In this document: piece by piece, positions 51,755-62,890 of the stretch | How positions within the stretch are numbered: the first letter of the stretch is position 1 | Layout: every line of letters begins with the position of its first letter | Assembly (NCBI RefSeq): GCF_006345805.1 | Contig: NC_042997.1 | Coordinates: 144,584,001-144,648,000, forward strand | Length of the DNA stretch: 64,000 bases | Direction of reading: 5' to 3' | DNA from: Octopus sinensis | Taxonomy: Eukaryota | Program-made: the position numbers and the translations under genes | The notes under the pieces: generated by a model | What the model saw: the letters and a program-made list of their open reading frames with translations, nothing else | Told to the model about the DNA's origin: nothing | Database searches by the model: none

Positions 51755-52345
51755 CAGTGATTGAAACCTTTGGAGATACACTGTGCTTGAGAAGACCCGG
51801 CAAGCCAAGTGAGACTGTAACTGTGGCCTATGCCAGTGCAGCATAACAAGCTGATTTAAGAGTACCTTTCAATCATTGGGCAACAAACTGCACTTGCAAA
51901 GACCTGTTGAGTCAAGTGAAGTCATTGCTACGGCCGATGCCAGTGCTACCTGGCTGGTCCCGTGCCGGTGGCACATAAAAAGCACCATTCAAGTGTGGTC
52001 AATGCCAATGCCGGCTGACTGGTTCCATGCCAGTGGCATGTAAAAAGCACCATTCGAACGTGGTTGTTGCCAGTGCTGCCTGATAGGCTCCTATGCTGGT
52101 GGCGCATAAAAAGCACCATTCAAGCATGGTCGATGCCAGTACCGCTTAACTGGCTCTCATGCTGGTGGCATGTAAAAAGCACCCACTACACTCTTGGAGT
52201 GGTTGGTGTTAGGAAGGGCATCCTGCTGTAGAAACTTTGCCAGATTAGATTGGAGCCTGGTGCAGCCTTCTGGCTTGCCAACCCTCAGTCAAACCGTCCA
52301 ACTCATGCTAGCATGGAAAGCGGACGTTAAACGATGATGATGATG
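51755..52345 (+). mobile_element. Family C long copy with four 65-bp internal tandem units, inserted in a TTAA-MITE
   Basis: aaaaagcacc recurs at about 51977, 52042, 52108 and 52174; (GAT)n tail. The host MITE runs 51581-51754 and resumes at 52346-52397. Confidence 0.8.
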
Positions 52346-52890
52346 AATGTAAAGAAACATTACACTTGACAGAGTAATCTGAATGCTTAAAAGTTAAACA
52401 TGTTTTATAGCATTATTTGCAGAAGAACCCAAAAGAAATTACTGATATTTCACTATGCAAAACAGACAAAACAAAATATATCTTGGAAGGTCAATAACTG
52501 CCAATCATTAAAGTAAAATACAACTTGTAAAAACACAATTGAAAACCTGCAATTATCAAGGTTTATGAGACTAGTGGAGACAGATGAATAACAAAGTCAG
52601 CCTGAAGAATAATATATTGATAGTTTCAGATGGTCAGCTGTAGAGAGATATACAGTTCAAAGGTGTGATAGCAACATACCAACATCATACATAATGCTTA
52701 CACTCACATAACAACAGATATCTAGCCAAAAATCGTTTCACCCATACAAGAACTCAAACAAACTATATTGAAGATAACTGAGTGTATAATATCACACAAA
52801 TCGCTCAAATAGATAAACACACATATACGCTTATATAAACACACACACACATATAAACAGAAAACAGGTGTGGTATTCAAAGCTTTATAG

Positions 52891-52981
52891 GACATACACG
52901 TGTTTCAACAAAATGCCGAAATAATTACATAACAATGATGTATAGATATTATGCAAACATGCATTTCACCTCATCAGTGTC
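52891..52981 (-). ncRNA. Type I hammerhead ribozyme, complete core
   Basis: GACA-CUGAUGA-GGUGAAAUGC...GCAUUUUGUU-GAAAC-ACGU-GUA/UGUC. 4-bp stem I, 10-bp stem II with G-U pairs, perfectly palindromic ACACGUGU stem III. Predicted cut between 52895 and 52894. Confidence 0.75.
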
Positions 52982-53190
52982 TCACCATAAATACAATAAT
53001 CCATGTTGAAGCTCCAGATGTATATTCTTTTCCCCATTATGCAAATTATCAAACTAATATATATATATCATTCATTCATTTTACATCTGTTTTTCTATGC
53101 TAGCATGGATTGGACAAATATTAACAAGTAGAGGGCTGTCTGATATTCATTCTTCCCATGCTGGAATGCTTTCAGACTTTTCTTTTCCAG

Positions 53191-53235
53191 TTGGACCAAC
53201 TGTTCTTACAGAAAAATGTCACTTTTAACTTCTAA
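53191..53235 (+). CDS. Candidate terminal coding exon (LDQLFLQKNVTFNF*)
   Basis: ctttcagacttttcttttccag|TTGGAC...TTCTAA. Strong acceptor; phase 0 matches the previous exon. Confidence 0.5.
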   Translation: MDQLFLQKNVTFNF

Positions 53236-53329
53236 CCATTACTGTACAAAGTAATAATGAAACTCGTCTGTCAGGCAGCCAAACTGACGTATACAGCTGG
53301 TTTTACAATTTATTGATAAAAGAGAACAA

Positions 53330-53335
53330 AATAAA
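53330..53335 (+). promoter_or_regulatory. Candidate polyadenylation signal AATAAA
   Basis: About 95 nt after the candidate stop. AATAAA is common in AT-rich DNA, so this is weak on its own. Confidence 0.3.
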
Positions 53336-53410
53336 AGACTTACTTCCTTTGATTATTGTAAATCCATAGAAATGCTTAAAGAGATAGTTCCACATATCTG
53401 ATTTAAAACC

Positions 53411-53445
53411 AACTTACCTGTAAAGAAAAAAAGTAAAAAGTGAGT
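53411..53445 (-). promoter_or_regulatory. Strong 3' splice site fused to a consensus 5' splice site (cag|gtaagt)
   Basis: Minus: ttaactcactttttactttttttctttacag|gtaagtt; junction between 53418 and 53417. Confidence 0.45.
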
Positions 53446-53882
53446 TAATTAATAATTTATAAAAATATATATTTACAATGGAAAATATGATTTAAATAAA
53501 CAGCTTTGAAAAAATCACATAACAAAACCTCTACTTGATTGGGCAAACCTATGATCAAAGGCTTTCTAACCTGACTGTTCTTTTTTATTTTGCAGGTACC
53601 AAGGGAGATCTGGTTACTTTTTTTAGTAGACCAAATAACTGTGTTGATATTCCTTCATGATCTCAGTTTCTAATTATTGATTAGCTCTACATCAGTCTTA
53701 ATGAAGCAGAACCTTAGATCAAAGATATTTCAGCTATGATCGTTGTTATCAACATCAATTCCTGAATATCACAGCATCGAGTCTGAGGACTTTTAGGGCT
53801 GGTTACCAGTTTTCTAAGTTTCCATAACATTTAAAAGAATGAGATCACAACATTCTCACTAAATGAGATACCAGTTCATTAA

Positions 53883-54059
53883 CCCTTTAACATTCACAAT
53901 ATTCTATCAAAAGTATTGCTTATTTATTCACACTGTTTAGAATTAATCATGCTTTATCTTGTAGTTTTGAGATTTTGATGAAGTTACTGTTAATTTCTTA
54001 GAATGATATTGTAGGGTTGGTGTGGGTGGCCAGATCTGGCCAATTCAAATGCTAATGGA
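53883..54059. mobile_element. TTAA-flanked MITE (piggyBac-like termini ccct...aggg)
   Basis: TTAA at 53879-53882 and 54060-54063. Related copies at about 35510-35660, 44100-44324, 45786-46340 and 51577-52397. Confidence 0.7.
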
Positions 54060-56652
54060 TTAAAGGGTTACCTATTTACAGCTGAGCAGACTGGGGCAAT
54101 ATGAAATGAAGTGTTTCACTCAGGTGCTCAGCACATTGCCTGGTTTGGAAAATGAAATCACGATACCCTAACACCCTAACCACTAAACCACTATCCCTTG
54201 ATGTCATATATTGTTCCATGGTATAGTGTGCTTTGAGGGAGACTGCTGCTATTTCTGGGTAGTCTAACCACAATTTACAACATTTTTCATTGTCCTAGTT
54301 ATCAGTTTGATTGAAAAGCAAGATCCCTTGAGAAGTATTAAAAGTTCTAAAATGGAGTTTAAAGATCAATATCCAGTTAAAGAGATTATGTTCTCAAGAG
54401 ATATTTCAACCCTTCTGATGCCAATCCACCTGAGAACAAGATTCTATGATACAATACCATTCCTTTTAAAATGATAATCTTTAAATTAAAACAATCCTTT
54501 GTGGTTTTTATGACAGAACTTTTTGCTAAGTTATATTTCACACAACTTAATGATGACAAGTTTAGTCAATTTACTAAATTCTTCATAACATTTGATTGTT
54601 TTCCAACTTAATTAAAACAATTAGGAAGGGTTAAGTGAGGGAGGTTTTTGTTTTAAGTTTTCAGATTTGTTAGAAATATTTCTGGGTGACTGACAACGTA
54701 TATTACACTTTATATTCTTTTATAAGGCAGTGGCAGCTTGTAGATAAAATTAGTTGGGGTGCTGCTTCAGAAAATTTTTAGCTATTGTTTTGATATTATG
54801 TAAAAGGAAACGAACATATAAAAATAAAATTTATATAAAAACTTGATTGGTTTACATTTTAGCCACTGCCAGGTAGTGTGTTTAAGTTGTTCACTGAATA
54901 TCGCCATGAATTCCCCCCTCGTTTTTCAAAAATCCCACCCCACTAAATCACGAAATAGGGGGGGAAATCTACCCTATTTTTCAAATCCTGGCAGCAACAC
55001 TGTAGCTGGAATTTTGGGAAGGCATGGCTGTGTGGTAAGAAGCTTGCTTCCCAACCACATGATTTTGGGTTCAGTCCCACTGTGTGGCACCTTGGTCAAG
55101 TGTCTTCTGCTATAGTCTTGGGCTAATCAAAGCCTTGTGAATGGATTTGGTAGACGGAAACTGGAAGAAGCCTGTCATATATATATATATGTTTCTGTGT
55201 GTATGCTTGTGTTTGTCTCCCCGCCATCACTTGACCACCAATGCTGGTGTGTTTATGTTCCTGTAACTTAGCGGTTCAGCAAAACAGACTGATAGAATAA
55301 GTGCTAGGCTTACAAAGAATAAGTCCTGGGGGTTGATTTCTTTGACTAACACCCTTTAAGGTGGTGCTCCAGCATGGCCGCAGTCAAATGACTGAAACAC
55401 ATAAGAGAATAAGACTAATTAATTACACTTACCCCAGTATATGACTAGTATTTATTTTATTGACCCTGAAGGGATGAAAAGCAAAGTTGATTTTAATGGA
55501 ATTTGAACTCAGCGAAGACAGGTAAAATGCCACCAAATAACAGTTATCATCTCTAGTTAGACACAAGGCCACAGATTTGGATAGGAAGGGATGGGACAGT
55601 TATTAATGGCCCACAATAGTTAGGTGGTAATATATTTTATCGTCTAAGGAAGTATGAAAGAAAAAGTTGACACTCTGATTTGTAAGGAAAATCTTGGATA
55701 CCTCATTCTTTTTCTTTTTTATTTTTTAGCAAAGGGAGAATGAAAATGATACAAGATGTGTCTTATATTACTTTCTATAAATCTTAACAATAAATTCATT
55801 CGGAATGGATTAATGGATCTTGAGGAAATCTCCCAGCTCCACCCCAAAAATCTGGTCATCACATATATCATGCCCACCCTTGGAATTTCAACTGATTAAT
55901 GATCTCCACATTGACCCAAGTGTGAGTGACTTCTGTTCATGATGCTATGGATAGACTAGTTGGAGCTAGTTCAATATATCAAAGAGAACAGCAACACAAA
56001 ATCAAGTACGTCTATCATCATTTATTGCTGACCTGAGTAAAACAGCATGCTGAATCAAGAACCATATTATTAATACATTTATCACAGATTATCTGTGATA
56101 AAATGAGTTGGTGATAGTTGAAGATTCTGTTTGTATTGCAAAATGTGCCCCTACAACCACTGACAATACTCAAGGTACCCAGAAAGAACTGACCTTCCCT
56201 TAAAGTCGCATATAACTCACGGAGTGGTTGGCGTTAGGAAGGGCATCCAGCTGTAGAAACATTGCCAAATTAGACTGGAGCCTGGTGCAGCCTTCTGGCT
56301 TCCCAGAACCCCGGTCGAACCGTCCAACCCATGCTAGCATGGAGAACGGACGTTAAACGACGATGATGATGATGATGATGATTTTATACAGATTTATGTA
56401 CATGTACTTATCAACATGAGACTAGAGAAAAGAAAAATACAAAGGTACTTGATCCTAACTAATGATGCAGACAGGTGTATACTCAATAAGAAAAAAGAAG
56501 GGATCATCATCATTATTATTTAACATCTGTTTCCCATGCTGGCATGGATTGAACAGTTTGACAAAAGCTGGCAAGTCAGAAGACTGCACCAAACTCTACT
56601 ATTTACTTTTGTATGATATCTATGGCTAGATGACCAAGAAAATATGTGATAG

Positions 56653-57068
56653 AAGGTGGCGAGCTGGCAGAAATGTTAGCACACCAGGCGAAATGCTTAG
56701 TGGTATTTTGTCTGCCGTTACGTTCTGAGTTCAAATTCTGCCGAGGTCAACTTTACCTTTCATCCTTTTGGGGTCGATAAATTAAGTATCAGTTACGCAC
56801 TGGGGTCGATGTAATAAACTTAATCCGTTTGTCTGTCCTTGTTTGTCCTCTCTGTGTTTAGCCCCTTGTGGGTAGTAAAGAAATAGGTATTTTGTTTACT
56901 GTTACGTTATGAGTTCAAATTCTGCCGAGGTTGACTTTACCATTCATCCTTTCGGGGTCGATAAATCAAGTATCAGTTACGCACTGGGGTCGATGTAATC
57001 GACTTAATCCCTTTGTCCATCCTTGATGGTTCCCTCTATGTTTAGCCCCTTGTGGGCAATAAAGAAAT
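56653..57068 (+). mobile_element. Dimeric family B SINE with 17-bp TSD
   Basis: Internal duplication of about 185 bp. aagaaaatatgtgatag at 56636-56652 and 57069-57085. Confidence 0.9.
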
Positions 57069-58239
57069 AAGAAAATATGTGATAGTAGAGACTTTGCTGT
57101 TATTGGCTTCAAATTTAGTGGCAAGGAATCTACAATTCGATCCATTTTGCATGAAGATAATTCTTTTTATTACTGTGTTTTTTGGAACCAACCCCTGTGA
57201 ATGAAGGTAGATATATTCATAAGTGTTAGATTAATCTTCGCAAATTTTCTTATCATAGAAGTAATTATTTGTTTTAAGCTAGACACCGTAGTTATAGCTA
57301 ACTTCTCATGTCAAATTTATTTACAGTAGAGGCAATATATATGTATTAACTAGACACCCTGCAGTTTACTTTTCAATTTTGAAATTAGAATTAAGCAAAG
57401 GAGACATAAAATAAATCTGTTTCATGTCCTTGAAACAAAATATTGTGCTAAGTTTGGTTAAGTTTTGCCAAGAGTATTAAATGTGTAAATAAGGTTTTAA
57501 ATCGGAAAACAAAAGAGCCTTGAGAAGTAACTGGTTTATTATTCCATCAATACAGTCTTTTCGAAAAGCTAAAAATAAATAAATCAATAAACTATAAGAC
57601 AAAGGGGCATCATATTGGTAATAAAACCATTAAATCAATTATCTAAACTAATAAATTCCTCACTCCATGTGGGATTTAGCACCAATTAAGCTTAATTATA
57701 AAGACTACCATTATCCCTCTAGTCACAAATGAATTTTTCAGACAATAATAATAATAATAAAATAATGACAGACTATTATCCAAAATAAAAGGATAAATTT
57801 AAAAAAGAAGTAAAATAGAAATAACAATGAAAAATCAACAAAATGACCTTCGTTATACGACACCAGCACCTCAGTGTAATAAAGGTAGACTTGTAAATGG
57901 TTGTAGAAAAACTTTACAGCTTAATACTGTACAGTAAAGCTGTCATGTAACTTTATTGTATTGCTTTAACATTGAGCCTGACTACACCAAATACAAAATA
58001 CAACACAACAAACACACACATATTTATCTATCTATCTATACATACAGGCAGACATGTGTATGTTGGTGTGTGTTTGTGAAACAGAATATAGATTAAACAG
58101 TATTGGAGTAAAGAATAGATTAAGAGTAAAATTTATCATGTTCAAACTGCCATTATTACTAGCAACATATGCCACTATAATTAATATTATGATGATGATG
58201 ATGATAATAATGATGATGCCCTCTGTACATTCTGCATTC

Positions 58240-58358
58240 AAATTTGACTGCCTTTCATCCTTTTGGGGTTGATAAAATAAGCACAAGTTGAGCACTGGGG
58301 TTGAGATAATTAACTTATCGCCTCCCTCAAAATTGCATTATTATTATTATTATTATTA

Positions 58359-58427
<69 letters not shown>

Positions 58428-59225
58428 GGCAGTGAGCTGGCAGAATCGTTAGAATGCTGGGTGGAATGTTTAGTGGCATTTCGTCTGCCACTACGTTCTA
58501 TGTTCAAATCCTGCCAAGGTTGGCTTTACCTTTTATACTTTCAGGGTTTGATTAAATAAGTACCAGTTATGCACTGGGGTTGAGATAATCGACTTATCGC
58601 CTCCTTCGAAATTGCATCATTATTATTATTATTACTATTAAGTTGGCAAGCTGGCAGAATCATTAGCACGCCGGGCGAAATGCTTAAAAGTGCTTTACGT
58701 GATTTCTTCTGACCCTTTTTTTATGTTCTGAATTCATATTCTGCCAAGGTTAACTTTGGCTTCTGTCCTTTTTGATGCTGAAAAAAATAAATACCAGTTG
58801 CACACTGGGGTCAATATAATTAACTTCCTTCTTCTCCTAAAATTGCTGGCCTTGTGCTAAAATTTGAAATCATCATTATTATTATATCAGGCCTTAAGGT
58901 AGGGAGCTGACAGAATCATTATCAGCTTGGACAAAATGCTTAGCAGCATTTTGTCATTATTTTTCACCTGTTTCAATGATTGGACTGTGGCCATGCTGGG
59001 GCACTGCCTTGAATTTTTAGTTGAATGAATCAACCCCAGTATTATTTTTTAAACCTGGTACTTATTCTATCGATCTCTTTTTCTGCATTCAATTTCCACT
59101 GAAGTCAACTTTGCCTTTCATCCTTTAAGGGTTGATAGTATTAGTCAAATACTGGAGTTGATGGTATTGGCTAATCCAACCCCATACCCCAAAATTTCAG
59201 GTCATATGCCTCTAGTAGAAAGAAT
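58240..59225 (+). mobile_element. Head-to-tail chain of family B SINEs joined by (ATT)n
   Basis: Successive heads at about 58425, 58640 and 58900, each preceded by an (ATT)n tail. Confidence 0.85.
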
Positions 59226-60959
59226 TATTATCACCATTTTTATCAGTACCATCATTATGGTGAAAAGATTATCATCATCATCATCATCATTAAGACTATT
59301 GAAAAACAAAACTAAAATTAGAATAGGTTAGTAAAATTTCAGGAAAAAATAAAATAAAATAAAGAATGCTTAGAACATAAAACAATTCAAGAATGAAAAT
59401 ATGCCAAGGTCAGTGGCAAAACAAATACAGAATTATTTAAAAACAACATTTCAAGAAGAGAAAAATCAGTTAAGAAAAAAAAAAAAAAACGGAACAAAAA
59501 AACAATGTTTTTGTCTTTTCAAATCATTGAATAGTGACAAAGGTGGGATTTGGGGGTGAGAAATTCTTCAAACATCGACTGTTTGTTAAAAGAAGGAATT
59601 ATTCACGATTTTATAGACTTGACTATTTGCCTCGCTACAGTCAATTAATTAATCGTGAATAGACGAAAATAATAAAGTGAATTATATGTAAACTGAATAC
59701 TAAGATCAATAAACAGAAATAGGAGAGAAAAATAGTCAATGTTTATAAACTATACTAGCCTCTGACATTACTACATTCTTTTAAATGTTTTTAATGATCG
59801 AGGATGAAAATTGAATATTAAATTGAATAGTTTTGCAATAAACTATCCTATTTTTGTTTCGAAATAATAAAACCATAAAATCATTCAATGGCCATAAAAA
59901 ATAAATCACCACCAGGTATGGCTGTGTGATCGGTTAAGAAACTTGCTCTGCAGCTAAGTCATTATGGGTTCAGTTCCACTGTGCAGCACCTTGGGCAAAT
60001 GTCTTTTATCATGGTCCTGGGCTGACCAGTGCCTTGTGAGTGAATTAGATAGATGGAAACTGTGTTGAAGCCTTTACACGTTTGTTACCTGTTCAAATAT
60101 GCTTGAGGCATATTTGAACCCATCAGAAAGCTATTCATTGTATTTTGTCATGGAGACAGTTTCTCAGTGTGAGTGTGTTAAATCAAGTGAAAGATTCTAT
60201 TCAGGTTTGCTAAAGCTGGATTTGAACTCAGAGTACAAAGTACCAGAATACACTTGCACAAATATAAAAAAAAAATGGTCAAAGACAATCCATTTGAGGG
60301 TGGTGAGCTGGCAGAATCATTAGCACACTAGGCGAAATGCTTGGTTGTATTTCGTCTGCCATAACATTCTGAGTTCAAAATCCGACTTTGCCTTTCATCC
60401 TTTCAGAGTCGATTAAATAAGTACCAGTTATGCACTGGGGTCGATGTAATCGACTTAATCCCTTTATCTGTCCTTGTTTATCCCCTCTATGTTTAGCCCC
60501 CTGCGGGCAATAAATAAATATAATGACAATCCATTCACATCAACCCCACTTTTTGTTATTTCTATGACTATTACATTATTTAATATATCCTACCTTTTCA
60601 TAAGATTATAAGATGTGATTAGAGGAATATTTAGCTGTTATTTTTAACATGTTGTGCAACAACATAGAATCTCCCTCTCTCCCTCTCCACCACGAATTGT
60701 ATTGAGATAATTCATGTCTACTGATGTTCAAAGGTTTGCAGTTTTGTTGGCAGATTCTCAAAGCAGTTGTCATCAAACTACTTAGCTCTCATCAAAGATC
60801 TCAAGACAAGATATTTATCCCTGATATGTAATGCAGGCTGGAATATTCATAGCCTTAAGTGTCCACGTAGTTCATAGATATAGCAACCAGTTTAGTAGCA
60901 AAGACACAATGGAAAATAAAAACAATCAATACACATAAAATAAAATCATCATTATTATT

Positions 60960-61701
60960 ATTATTATTATTATTATTACTGCAGAGCTGGCAGAATCATT
61001 AGAGCATCAGTAAAATGCTTTATGGTATTTCTTCCAACTCTTTAAGTTCTGAATTCAAATAATGCCAAGGTTGACTTTGCCTTTCATGCCTCAAGCTGTT
61101 GGTTGGAATAAAGTTATAGTCAAAATGTGAATCCTTTGATGGCATTGATTAACCCGCTTCCATCAAAATTGATGGTCTTGTGCATAAATTAGAAACAACT
61201 ACTATTAATTATTATTATTATTATTATTTTTCAGGTGGCGAGCTGCTAGAATCGTTAGCATGCCAGGTAAAATGCTTAGCGGTGTTTCACCCATCATTAT
61301 GTTTAAATTCTGCCGAGGTTGCCTTTACCTTTCATCCTTTCAAGGTTGATAAATTAAGTACCAGTTATGCACTGTGGTCGATATAATCGACTAGCTCCTT
61401 CCCTAAATTTCAGGCCTTGTGCCTATAGTAGAAAGGCTTCTTCTTCTTCTTCATATTATTATTATTATTATTATTATTAAGGCAGTGAGCTGGCAGAATC
61501 GTTAATATGCCAGGCAAAATGCGTAGTGGCATTTCATCGGTTTTTATGTTCTGAGTTCAAATTCTGCTTAGATCGACTTTGTCTTTTGTCCTTTCAGTAT
61601 TGATAAAATGAATACTAGTTGAACACTAGGGTCAATGTAACCGACTTACCACCTCCCCCAATCCTGCTGGCCTTGTGCCAAAATTCAAAACCATCATTAT
61701 T

Positions 61702-61732
<31 letters not shown>

Positions 61733-61850
61733 TTATTATTGTTATTAAGGCAGCAAGCTGGCAGAATCTTTAGCACATTGAACAAACGATTCAGTAGCAT
61801 TTCTCCTGGTTCTTCATGTTCTCAGATCAAATTCTACCTAGGCTGACTTT
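60960..61850 (+). mobile_element. Second head-to-tail chain of family B SINEs joined by (ATT)n
   Basis: Heads at about 60985, 61235, 61478 and 61746, each after (ATT)n. Confidence 0.85.
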
Positions 61851-62405
61851 AGGTGTTGTTTCTAGCAGGTTTAATGACTATGTAGAAACTACTTTATTAT
61901 GTAGTAATTAATTTCTACATCCTTCTTCCTGATGTCAGCTTCATCTTTCAGTCTTCCAAGGTTGATTAAAAAACAAATAAACAAACAAAAAATAAAACAA
62001 ACAAACAAACACAACAAAGAAAAAAACGCACAGAAAAAGTAAAACGGCCGATTGCAGGGCCTGAAATCAATTCATTCAGCCTATATCATATTACTTAATG
62101 TAACTAAAATAATTCATTGACATCTTTAAGTATCCTACTCGAGTTTTTAAAGACTAATGGGATGTAGATATAATCTCTATGGTGGTTGTGGAAAAAGAGG
62201 AGAAGAAGAAGGAGAAGCAGAGCAGAAGAAGAGATGGAGGAGGAGGTGGTAATATTTTTTTCTCAGCACAAACATAATCTAACAGGCTCTTGTGAGATGG
62301 ATCTTCTGTCTGTTTCCCTGAAAGCCAGTCAGTTGTTTTAATGTTAGAATAAAAAGTCTGTTTTTTTCTTTCTCTCTCTCTCTTCATTTTTTTTCCCTCT
62401 CATCC

Positions 62406-62441
62406 CTTTCTGCCAAAGAGCATAGGCTCAAAACATTAAAG
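62406..62441 (+). ncRNA. Degenerate minimal hammerhead-like motif (3955 family)
   Basis: CUUU-CUGCCAA-A-GAGC(AUAG)GCUC-AAAAC-AUU-AAAG; all three inferred CpG sites have decayed. Confidence 0.4.
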
Positions 62442-62529
62442 ACTTTTTCATTCTTCTCAAGCACCAAACTAGTACACTTGCTTATTGTTCCTTCACCTGT
62501 CTTTGTCTTTTGTTTACTGTAAGTTTGAA

Positions 62530-62564
<35 letters not shown>

Positions 62565-62659
62565 TTAAAATGAGAATATCTGAAATAAACTCAACCACTG
62601 TCACAAATGAGAATACTAAAAATGAACCTGGCTGCTCTCAAAAATTAAGTAAAATTACA

Positions 62660-62890
62660 GGTAAGATAATCCAGAATCCTTGTCCAGCACTGGATTGATC
62701 CCAAAATCTAATCAGTTCATGCCAGTCATGAGGTAAAACATCCCTGAAAGTTTCATTCGAATCCATCAAGATGTTCTTGAGATATTTTGTCCATGGACAA
62801 ACAAGCAAACAAACACGACTGAAAACAATACCTCTGCCTTCGCTAAAGCGGAGGTAATAATAACTAGCATGGCCCATGGAAATTCCACGG
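62660..62890. mobile_element. Non-autonomous Helitron/Helentron-like element(s) with terminal hairpins
   Basis: Hairpin tacctctgc...gcggaggta (62829-62856), then taactag and hairpin ccatggaa-a-ttccacgg (62874-62890). Classification is by resemblance only. Confidence 0.45.
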
